DNA of 63,780 bases, filler included, from Reclinomonas americana ATCC 50394 (Eukaryota): NCBI GenBank assembly GCA_048213135.1. It is 17 parts of 17 records of this genome, joined end to end, with 100 filler letters (N's around TTAATTAATTAA, not from the genome) between each part and the next. Parts side by side here need not be neighbours in the genome. Positions count along the whole stretch, not along the records: positions 1 to 4,198 come from AFZH01021904.1; positions 4,299 to 7,332 come from AFZH01021907.1; positions 7,433 to 8,872 come from AFZH01021908.1; 14 more parts are not named here. One strand, 5' to 3'. The notes below the pieces were generated by a model. That model made no database searches. It was not told where the DNA came from and saw nothing but the letters and a program-made list of their open reading frames with translations. Each line of letters opens with the position of its first letter. Position 1 is the first letter of the stretch. Position numbers and translations under genes: made by a program. This document shows, in pieces, positions 1 to 8,972 of this stretch.

Positions 1-9
1 CACAACAAC

Positions 10-97
<88 letters not shown>

Positions 98-420
98 CAC
101 ACGCACACACACACACTTCCGCACACTTTCCGCACACTTTTACACACTTTTCGCACACATACACACACTTTCACACACTTTTGCCACTTACACTCTTGAC
201 CATACACCCTTCCACACACTTACACACAGAGAGACACACACAAACACACACAAACACACACTTTTGCACACTTTTCGCACACTTTTCGCACACTTCCCCT
301 TCCACTCTCTCTCGCTCTCTCTCTCTCTCTCTCGCACACACACACACGCACACACGCACAGAGACACACATACACACGCACACACTTTCGCACACTTTCG
401 CACACTTTCACCACACACAA
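1..420. repeat. (CA)n microsatellite and degenerate CACACTTT repeats, probably intronic
   Basis: Direct reading of the sequence. Confidence 0.9.
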
Positions 421-469
421 ACCCCGTCCCTCTCCCTCCCTCCCTCTCTCTCCCTCTCATCTACACAAC

Positions 470-608
470 GATCATGCCGCGACTGCTGCTGTAGCTGTTG
501 CTGCTGCTGCTGTTGCTGAGAGAGAGCTCCACTTGCACTGCTCGTTGCGCCTCCCATCGAGGCCGCAGCTGCGCGACGACGCGACGAGGCTGATCGTCGT
601 CCACTCAT
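470..608 (-). CDS. Probable first exon of an unidentified gene running off the left edge (MSGRRSASSRRRAAAAS...polyQ...RHD)
   Basis: ATG at 608, polyQ-coding tract, then a C|GTTGTGT donor at 469 matching the window-wide shifted donor class; no homology recognised. Confidence 0.4.
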
Positions 609-762
609 CGCAGACTGAGAGAAAGAGAGAGAGAGAGAGGCTGTTGACACAAACAAAAACCACGCGCGCTGCTCTCTCCCTGCGCTTCTTCTACGTTGTT
701 TTGTGAATCGGATGTGTTCGGAGCGGAAAAAACCGCAAATTTGTTTGTCGTGAAATACTGTA

Positions 763-1190
763 CAGCAATCGTGCAAGCCGCGCATGCTTCCGTGTCGGTG
801 GTGCAAGTGCGTTATGATACTTGAAAGCATACACTGGTATTGATGGTGGCCTTGGTGGCTGTTCGACATATCGATATCGAATTTTGCAATTGCAAGCGAA
901 TTCGAATACAGCAATCGTGCAAGCGGATGGTCGCTGTTGGTGGTGCGAGTGCGTGTTATGATACTTGAATGCAACCGCTGCCGTTGATGACGGTGGCTGT
1001 TTTTTATCTCGATATCTATTTTCTGCAATTGCAAGCGAATTCGAATACCGCAATCGTGCGAGCCGGCATCATGTCGGTGGTGCAAGTGCGTGTTATGATA
1101 CTTGAATGCAAGCGCTGCCGTTGATAACGGTGGCTGTTTTTTATCTCGACATCGATTTTTGCAATTGCAATCCGGTTCGATATCGATATT
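763..1190. repeat. About 3 diverged tandem copies of a ~145-bp unit rich in palindromes (TCGATATCGA, TTGCAATTGCAA, CGAATTCG)
   Basis: GGTGGTGC(A/G)AGTGCG..TTATGATACTTGAA and TGCAATTGCAA each recur three times between the divergent genes at 608 and 1436. Confidence 0.8.
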
Positions 1191-1435
1191 CAGCTACCGA
1201 GCAAAGTCGGGAGCCATAATTACCAGCACATGCCGCGTAATAGTACAGACAGCGTTGTTGATCTTGCACGGACGCTCGGCGAACTCGCGGGCGCCGGTTT
1301 TGTGCATTTGCACATCGCTTGTGGGTCTTTGGCGTGGGCAGTACGTCACAAGAATGCTTCGTCCTCGACCGCACTTCGTCCCACTCCTCGTTCATCATCG
1401 TCTTCCACGATCGCACAGACACTCTCTCCCTCTTC

Positions 1436-2536
1436 ATGTCTCTCGCTCCCTCCCCCCTCCTCCTCCCTTCCAGCCGCCTCGCCGGGCACACCGGTAGGGT
1501 GAACTCTGTCGCCGTCACTCCCGACGGCCGGCACATTGTGAGTGCCAGTGCAGACAAGACCATACGTGTGTGGTCTGTGGCGAGTGGCGCAGAGGTGCGC
1601 CGGTTGGGGGGGCGCGCTGGTTCGGTATTCTCCGTCGCTGTCACCCCCTGCAGTCGTTACATTGTGAGTGGGGGAGAGGACAAGATTGTGCGGGTGTGGT
1701 CACTGGAGAGTGGTGAAGAGGTGCGTCGTTTGGAGGGACATGAGAATTCGTGTATCGCCGTCGCCCCCGATGGAGAGCACATTGTGAGTGGTGGCTCTGA
1801 TAACACTGTACGGGTGTTGTCACTCACAACTGGCGATGAAGTGCGACAAATCTTTGAAGGAGGCATCCAGGTGCATTTGTCTGTCGCCGTCACTCCCGAC
1901 AGTCAGCACATCGTGAGCGGAGGCTTAGGGCTTGACATGCTTGTGCGCATGTGGTCGCTGTCAACTGGCGAAGAAGTCAGGCGCTTCTCCGGGCATTCGC
2001 GTTGGGTGATGTGTGTTGCCGTCACCCCCGATGGATTGCACGTGGTGAGTGGGAGTATGGACTGCACGGTGCAATTGTGGTCTGTGGCGAGTGGTGCAGA
2101 GGTGCGACAGTTGGAGGGACACACGGACTGTGTGCGGTCCGTAGCCGTCACTCCCAACGGACAGCATGTGGTCAGTTGCAGTGAAGACACAACCGTACGA
2201 CTGTGGTCACTGGCGAGTGGCGAAGAAGAGTGCCGGCTAAAGGAGCATGATCATCTACTGACATCTGTCACCGTCTCTCCCGACGGACAGCACCTGCTGT
2301 GCGGGAGCCAAGATTGCACCATTCGCATGTGGTCGACGCCGTGCTGTCTCGCTCGTGAAGAGGCACAAGATGCGCGATTCGCGTTGCTGGCTGTGCAGGA
2401 GATGCAGCGGGAGGGACGGGAGGAGGAGGAAGTCGATTCTCGCTGTCTGGCAGAGATGGCCCTACGCTGCTTCATCGTCGAGGATGCAACGGCCGTGCTG
2501 CACCGATGCAGTGTGGACCCTGAGTTGCATTTGTGA
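1436..2536 (+). CDS. WD40 array copy A: intronless 7-blade WD40 protein plus ~60-aa conserved C-terminal tail
   Basis: Seven ~42-aa repeats GH..V..VAVTPDG.HIVS...D.TVRVW; start MSLAPSPLLLPS shared by all copies. Confidence 0.9.
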   Translation: MSLAPSPLLLPSSRLAGHTGRVNSVAVTPDGRHIVSASADKTIRVWSVASGAEVRRLGGRAGSVFSVAVTPCSRYIVSGGEDKIVRVWSLESGEEVRRLEGHENSCIAVAPDGEHIVSGGSDNTVRVLSLTTGDEVRQIFEGGIQVHLSVAVTPDSQHIVSGGLGLDMLVRMWSLSTGEEVRRFSGHSRWVMCVAVTPDGLHVVSGSMDCTVQLWSVASGAEVRQLEGHTDCVRSVAVTPNGQHVVSCSEDTTVRLWSLASGEEECRLKEHDHLLTSVTVSPDGQHLLCGSQDCTIRMWSTPCCLAREEAQDARFALLAVQEMQREGREEEEVDSRCLAEMALRCFIVEDATAVLHRCSVDPELHL

Positions 2537-2701
2537 ATGAGTATCCTTTTCTTGTGTTGTATTCGCCCTTGGTGGTTCTTCAAGTAAAGTCAAGAACATA
2601 ACGTCGGTCGGCATACATGTGCCTTCGGTCCTCGACAGCACTTCGTCCCACTCCTCGTTCATCACCTTCCGCGATCGCACGGACGCCCTCTCTCCCTGTT
2701 C

Positions 2702-3805
2702 ATGTCACTCACTCCTTCCCCAGCCCTCCTCCTCCTCCCTTCCAAGCGTCTCGTCGGGCACACGAGCTTCGTGTACTCTGTCGCCGTCACTCCCGACGGC
2801 CGGCACATAATAAGTAGTAGCGCCGACGAGACCGTGCGTGTTTGGTCCGTGGCAAGTGGAGCAGAGGTGCGATGTTTGTATGGACACACTGGTGCGGTAT
2901 TCTCCATCGCCGTCACCCCCTGCAGTCGTTTCATTGTGAGCGGAGGTGATGACAAGTCTGTGCGAGTGTGGTCACTGGAGAGTGGCGAGGAGGTGCGTCG
3001 GTTGGAGGGACATGAGTATTGGGTGCCTTGTGTCGCCGTCGCCCCCGATGGAGAGCACATTGTGAGTGGTGGATCGGATAAGACAGTACAGGTGTGGTCC
3101 CGCGCAACTGGCGATGAATTGCGACGAATTGAGGGAGGCTGCCAGGTGTACATCTCTGTCGCCGTCACTCCCGACAATCAGCACATCGTGAGCGGAGGGC
3201 TTGACATGCTTGTGCGCATGTGGTCGCTGTCAACTTGCGAAGAAGTCAGGCGCTTCTCCGGGCACTCGGATTGGGTGATGTGTGTTGCCGTTACCCCCGA
3301 TGGATTGCACGTGGTGAGTGCGAGCCAGGACCGCACGGTGCGAGTGTGGTCTGTGGCGAGTGGCGCAGAGGTGCGGCGATTGGAGGGGCATGTGTCGAAC
3401 GTGCTTTGTATCGCTGTCACTCCCAACGGACAGCATGTGGTCAGTTGCGGTGAAGACATAACCGTACGAGTGTGGTCATTGGCGAGTGGCGAAGAAGAGT
3501 GCCGGCTAAAGGAGCATGATCATCTGCTGGTATCCGTCTCCGTCTCTCCCGACGGACAGCATCTGCTGTGCGGGGGTCATGATTGCACCATTCGCATGTG
3601 GTCGACGCCGTGCGGCCTCGCTCGTGAAGAGGCTCAACATGTGCGATTCGCGTTGCTGGCTGTGCAGGAGATGCAGCGGGAGGGACGGGAGGAGGAGGAA
3701 GTCGATTCTCGCTGTCTGGCAGAGATGGCACTGCGCTGCTTCATCGTCGAGGATGCAACGGCCGTGCTGTACAGATGTAGTGTGGATCCCTCGTCGCACT
3801 TGTAG
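2702..3805 (+). CDS. WD40 array copy B
   Basis: Same architecture as copy A; ends DPSSHL-TAG. Confidence 0.9.
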   Translation: MSLTPSPALLLLPSKRLVGHTSFVYSVAVTPDGRHIISSSADETVRVWSVASGAEVRCLYGHTGAVFSIAVTPCSRFIVSGGDDKSVRVWSLESGEEVRRLEGHEYWVPCVAVAPDGEHIVSGGSDKTVQVWSRATGDELRRIEGGCQVYISVAVTPDNQHIVSGGLDMLVRMWSLSTCEEVRRFSGHSDWVMCVAVTPDGLHVVSASQDRTVRVWSVASGAEVRRLEGHVSNVLCIAVTPNGQHVVSCGEDITVRVWSLASGEEECRLKEHDHLLVSVSVSPDGQHLLCGGHDCTIRMWSTPCGLAREEAQHVRFALLAVQEMQREGREEEEVDSRCLAEMALRCFIVEDATAVLYRCSVDPSSHL

Positions 3806-3982
3806 TCTGCAGCAAGAGAGTGTCTCACGCTCCCTTTTCAAGTAAAGCCACATCGGTCTTCGGCGTAGTGGGCAGTACGTCACAAGATAAGAATGCTTCG
3901 TCCTCGACCGCACTTCGTCCCACTCCTCATTCATCATACATCGTCTTCCACGCACGCACAGACACTCTCCGGATCCCTCTTC

Positions 3983-4198
3983 ATGTCCCTCGCTCCCTAC
4001 CCCCTCCTCCTCCCTTCCAATCGCCTCGCAGGGCACACTGGTTGGGTGTACTCTGTTGCCGTCACTCCCGATGGCCAGCACATTGTGAGTTCCAGTGCAG
4101 ACGAGACCATTCGTGTGTGGTCCGTGGCAAGTGGAGCAGAGGTGCGATGTTTGTATGGACACACTGGCGCGGTATTCTCTGTCGCCGTCACCCCCTGC
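3983..4198 (+). CDS. WD40 array copy C, 5' part cut by gap
   Basis: MSLAPYPLLLPSNRLAGH.. then two WD repeats before the Ns. Confidence 0.8.
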
Positions 4199-4298
4199 NN
4201 NNNNNNNNNNNNNNNNNNNNNNNNNNNNNNNNNNNNNNNNNNTTAATTAATTAANNNNNNNNNNNNNNNNNNNNNNNNNNNNNNNNNNNNNNNNNNNN

Positions 4299-5320
4299 CC
4301 ACTCCCGACGGTCAGCACATTGTGAGTGCCAGTGAAGACAAGACCGTGCGTGTGTGGTCTGTGGCGAGTGGCGCAGAGGTGCGACGGCTGGAGGGGCACG
4401 CTGGACAGGTGCACTATGTGGCCGTCACCCCCTGCAGTCGATACATTGTGAGCGGAGGTGACGACAAGACTGTGCGAGTGTGGTCACTGGAGAGTGGAGA
4501 AGAGGTACGACAGCTGCTGGGAAACCCGTCTTGGGTGGCGTGTGTCGCCGTGACCCCCGACGGCGAGCACGTTGTGAGTGCAGGCGGCTATGATAACGCA
4601 GTGCGTGTGTGGTCGCTGGCGAGTGGCGAGCAGGTGCGCCAGTTGGACGGACACACAGAGATGTCGTTGTGTGTTGCCGTGACTCCCGACAGTCGGCATG
4701 TGGTGAGCGGGAGCGCGGATACCACAGCGCGAGTGTGGTCACTGGCGAGTGGGGAGGAAGTGCACCGATTGGATGGGCACACAGAGTCGGTGATTGCCGT
4801 CGCCGTCACTCCCGACGGGGTGCACGTGGTGAGCGGGAGCCGAGACTGCACCGCACGAGTGTGGTCTGTGGCGAGTGGCGCAGAGGTGCGACGGTTGGAG
4901 GGACACGCGGACTGGGTGCGGTCTGTCGCCGTCACGCCCAACGGACTACATGTGGTGAGTGGCGGCGAGGACATGACCATACGACTGTGGTCGCTGGCGA
5001 GTGGCAAGGAGGTGCGCCAGCTGAAGGAGCGTGCTTGCTTGGTGTTATCGGTCGCCGTCGCCCCCGATGGGCAGCACTTGCTGTGCGGGAGCCACGATTG
5101 CACGATTCACGTGTGGTCGACGCCGTGCGGTCTCGCGCGGCAGGAGCTTCAAGGCGCTCGTGATGCGTTGCTGGCTGTGCAGGAGATGCAGCGTGAGGGA
5201 CGGGAGGAGGAGGAAGTCGATTCTCGGTGTCTGGCAGAGATGGCATTGCGCTGCTTCATCGTCGAGGATGCAGCGGCCGTGCTGCACCGATGCAGCGTGG
5301 ATCCTGAGTTGCATCTGTGA
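4299..5320 (+). CDS. WD40 array copy D, 5' end in gap
   Basis: Resumes within blade 1, while copy C had already entered blade 2 with a different sequence, so this is a separate copy; full tail to DPELHL. Confidence 0.85.
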
Positions 5321-5494
5321 ATGAGTTTCCTTTATCTTGTATTGTGTTTGCCCTTGGTGGTTCTTCAAGTAAAGCCACATCGCTTGTGGGTCTCAGACGG
5401 GCAGGGCGTCACAAGAATGCGTCGTCCTCGACCGCACTTCGTCCCACTCCTCATTCATACCATCTCCACGCACGCGCACGCTCTCTCCCTCTTC

Positions 5495-6595
5495 ATGTCT
5501 CTCGCTCCCTCTCCCCTCCTCCTCCCTTCCAGGCGCCTCGCCGGGCACACTGGTTGGGTGTACTCTGTCGCCGTTACCCCCGATGGCCAGCACATTGTGA
5601 GTGCCAGTGAAGACAAGACCATACGTGTGTGGTCTGTGGCAAGTGGCGCAGAGGTGCGACGGTTGAAGGGACACACTGCATACGTGCTGTCTGTCGCCGT
5701 CACTGCCGATGGACAGCACATTGTGAGTGGGGGAGAGGACCAGACTGTGCGAGTGTGGTCACTGGAGAGTGGCGAGGAGGTGCGACAGCTGCTGGGACAC
5801 CCGTCTTGGGTGGCGGGCGTTGCCGTGGCCCCCAACGGCGAGCACATTGTGAGCGCAGGCGGTTACGACAACGCAGTGCGTGTGTGGTTGCTGGCGAGTG
5901 GCGAGCAGGTGCGCCAGTTGGACGGACACACAGAGTTGTCGTTGTGTGTTGCCGTCACTCCCGACAGTCGGCACGTGGTGAGCGGGAGCGCAGATGCCAC
6001 AGTGCGAGTGTGGTCACTGGCGAGTGGGGAGGAGGTGCGTCGACTGGTGGGGCACGCGGAAGCGGTGATTGCTGTCGCCGTCACCCCCGATGGATTGCAC
6101 GTGGTGAGCGGGAGTCGGGACCGCACGATTCGGGTGTGGTCTGTGGCGAGTGGTGCAGAGGTGCGACGGTTGGAGGGACACACGGACTGGGTGATCGCAG
6201 TCGCCGTCACTCCCAACGGGCTGCATGTGGTGAGTGTGAGTCGTGACATGACCGTACGAGTGTGGTTGCTGGCGAGTGGCGAAGAAGAGCGGCGGTTGGA
6301 GGGACACACTGGTGACGTGCGGACTGTCGCCGTTACTCCTGACGGACAACACATTGTTTGTGACGACCATGACCTGACAGTACGTGTGTGGTCGACGCCG
6401 TGCGGTCTCGCTCGGCAGGAACTCCACGCAGCTCGTGAAGCGTTGCTGACTGTGCAGGAGATGCAGCGTGAGGGACGGGAGGAGGAGGAAGTCGATTCTC
6501 GGTGTCTGGCAGAGATGGCATTGCGCTGCTTCATCGTCGAGGATGCAGCGGCCGTGCTGCACCGATGCAGTGTGGATCCCGAGTTGCATTTGTGA
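5495..6595 (+). CDS. WD40 array copy E
   Basis: Seven WD repeats plus conserved tail. Confidence 0.9.
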   Translation: MSLAPSPLLLPSRRLAGHTGWVYSVAVTPDGQHIVSASEDKTIRVWSVASGAEVRRLKGHTAYVLSVAVTADGQHIVSGGEDQTVRVWSLESGEEVRQLLGHPSWVAGVAVAPNGEHIVSAGGYDNAVRVWLLASGEQVRQLDGHTELSLCVAVTPDSRHVVSGSADATVRVWSLASGEEVRRLVGHAEAVIAVAVTPDGLHVVSGSRDRTIRVWSVASGAEVRRLEGHTDWVIAVAVTPNGLHVVSVSRDMTVRVWLLASGEEERRLEGHTGDVRTVAVTPDGQHIVCDDHDLTVRVWSTPCGLARQELHAAREALLTVQEMQREGREEEEVDSRCLAEMALRCFIVEDAAAVLHRCSVDPELHL

Positions 6596-6762
6596 ATGAG
6601 TTTCCTTTATCTTTGTTTGCCCTTGGTGGTTCTTCAAGTAAAGCCACGGCGTTTGTGTGTCTCAGACGGGCAGCACGTTACAACGAAAGTGTTTGAAGTC
6701 CTCGTCCCACTCCTCAAGTATCATCCATCTTCCACGCACACACACACACACTCTGCCCATTC

Positions 6763-7535
6763 ATGTCGCTCACTCCTTCCCCTCTTCTCCTCCGTTCCAA
6801 GCGCCTCTTTGGTCACACAGGCATCGTGCGGACGGTCGCCTTCACAACCGATGGCCGGTTTATAGTGAGTGGAAGTGCCGACAAGACAGTGCGCATGTGG
6901 TCTATGGTGAGTGGAACAGAGGTGCGACGGTTGGAGGGGAACGCTGGCTCGGTATTCTCTGTCGCCGTCACTCCCGATGGACAGCACATTGTGAGTGGGG
7001 GCCATGACAAGACTCTGCGAGTGTGGTCACTGGAGAGTGGTGAAGAGGTGGAGCGACTGGAGGGGCACACATCGATGGTGGAGGCTGTTGCCATCACTAC
7101 AGATGGTCATTACGTGGTGATTGGCAGCGCAGGCAACACTGTGCGAGTTTGGTCATTTGCGAGTGGCGAAGAGCCGAGACGGTTGACGGGGCACACGGCA
7201 GGAGTGTCCTCTGTCGCCGTGACTGCCGACTGTCGGTACATTGTGAGTGGAGGATACGATCGCACAGTGCGAGTGTGGTCACTGGGGAGTGGGGAGGAAG
7301 TGCGTCGACTGGTGGGGCACACAGATGTAGTANNNNNNNNNNNNNNNNNNNNNNNNNNNNNNNNNNNNNNNNNNNNTTAATTAATTAANNNNNNNNNNNN
7401 NNNNNNNNNNNNNNNNNNNNNNNNNNNNNNNNCGATTCTCGTTGCTTGCCGGAGATGGTACTGCGCTGCTTCATTGTCGAGGATGCAGCGGCCGTGCTGC
7501 ACCGATGCAGTGTGGATCCTGAGTTGCATTTGTGA
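6763..7535 (+). CDS. WD40 array copy F (most divergent), spanning a gap; the tail fragment 7433-7535 may belong to it or to another copy
   Basis: MSLTPSPLLLRSKRLFGH, 4+ WD repeats before the gap; DSRCLPEMVLRCFIVEDAAAVLHRCSVDPELHL after it. Confidence 0.8.
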
Positions 7536-7713
7536 ATGAGTTTCCTTGTTCTTGAATAGAGTTGACCCTTGGTGGTTCTTCAAGTAAAGGCACATCGCTT
7601 GTGTGTCTCAGGCGGGCAGGGCGTCACAAGAATGCGTCGTCCTCGACCGCACTTCGTCCCGCCTCACTCATTATCGTCTTCTACGACCGCACAGACACTC
7701 TCTCTCCCTCTTC

Positions 7714-8814
7714 ATGTCTCTCGCTCCCTCCCCCTTCCTCCTCCCTTGCAGGCGCCTCGCAGGGCACACTGGTTGGGTGTACTCTGTCGCCGCCACCCCC
7801 GATGGCCAGCACATTGTGAGTGCCAGTGACGACAAGACCGTGCGTGTGTGGTCTGTGGCAAGTGGAGCAGAGGTGCGACGGTTGGAGGGGCACGCTGGAC
7901 AGGTGCACTATGTGGCCGTCACCCCTTGCAGTCGTTTCATTGTGAGCGGAGGTGATGACAAGACTGTGCGCGTGTGGTCACTGGAGAGTGGAGAAGAGGT
8001 GCGACAGCTGCTGGGAAACCCGTCTTGGGTGGCGTGTGTCGCCGTGGCCCCCGACGGCGAGCACGTTGTGAGCACAGGCGGCTATGATAACGCAGTGCGT
8101 GTGTGGTCGCTGGTGAGTGGCGAGCAGGTGCGCCAGTTGGACGGACACACAGAGTTGTCGTTGTGTGTTGCCGTGACTCCCGACAGTCGGCACGTGGTGA
8201 GCGGAAGCGCAGATGCCACAGTGCGAGTGTGGTCACTGGAGAGTGGGGAGGAGGTGCGTCGACTGGTGGGGCACGCGGAAGCGGTGATTGCTGTCGCCGT
8301 CACTCCCGACGGGGTGCACGTGGTGAGCGGGAGCCGAGACTGCACAGCACGAGTGTGGTCTGTGGCGAGTGGTGCAGAGGTGCGACGGTTGGAGGGACAC
8401 GCGGACTGGGTGCGGTCTGTCGCCGTCACGCCCAACGGGCTACATGTGGTGAGTGGCGGCGAGGACATGACCATACGACTGTGGTCGCTGGCGAGTGGCA
8501 AGGAGGTGTGCCAGCTGAAGGAGCGTGCTTGCTTGGTGTTATCGGTCGCCGTCGCCCCCGATGGGCAGCACCTGCTGTGCGGGAGCCATGATTGCACCAT
8601 TCGCATGTGGTCGACGCCGTGCGGTCTCGCGCGGCAGGAGCTTCAAGGCGCTCGTGAGGCGTTGCTGGCTGTGCAGGAGATGCAGCGTGAGGGACGGGAG
8701 GAGGAGGAAGTCGATTCTCGCTGTCTGGCAGAGATGGCACTTCGCTGCTTCATCGTCGAGGATGCGGCGGCCGTGCTGCACCGATGCAGTGTGGATCCCT
8801 CGTCGCATTTGTGA
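7714..8814 (+). CDS. WD40 array copy G; another spacer begins at 8815, so the array probably continues into the gap
   Basis: Seven WD repeats plus tail; 8815-8872 repeats the conserved inter-copy spacer. Confidence 0.9.
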   Translation: MSLAPSPFLLPCRRLAGHTGWVYSVAATPDGQHIVSASDDKTVRVWSVASGAEVRRLEGHAGQVHYVAVTPCSRFIVSGGDDKTVRVWSLESGEEVRQLLGNPSWVACVAVAPDGEHVVSTGGYDNAVRVWSLVSGEQVRQLDGHTELSLCVAVTPDSRHVVSGSADATVRVWSLESGEEVRRLVGHAEAVIAVAVTPDGVHVVSGSRDCTARVWSVASGAEVRRLEGHADWVRSVAVTPNGLHVVSGGEDMTIRLWSLASGKEVCQLKERACLVLSVAVAPDGQHLLCGSHDCTIRMWSTPCGLARQELQGAREALLAVQEMQREGREEEEVDSRCLAEMALRCFIVEDAAAVLHRCSVDPSSHL

Positions 8815-8972
8815 ATGAGTTTCCTTGTTCTTGAATAGAGTTGACCCTTGGTGGTTCTTCGAGTAAAGCCACNNNNNNNNNNNNNNNNNNNNNNNNNNNN
8901 NNNNNNNNNNNNNNNNTTAATTAATTAANNNNNNNNNNNNNNNNNNNNNNNNNNNNNNNNNNNNNNNNNNNN

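Noticed and set aside
1319..1480. Longer N-terminal ORF extensions, or a splice acceptor at the start of each WD40 unit
   Set aside because: The extensions use non-ATG starts or are not conserved between copies. The AG is missing in copy C, while the ATG and frame (including an in-frame 6-nt indel in copy B) are conserved.
4243..4254. Recurring TTAATTAATTAA palindrome
   Set aside because: Always centred in N-runs; an artificial scaffold linker.
1436..8814. Diversity-generating retroelement behind the WD40 variation
   Set aside because: No reverse transcriptase or template repeat is visible in the window, and the changes are not evidently adenine-specific.
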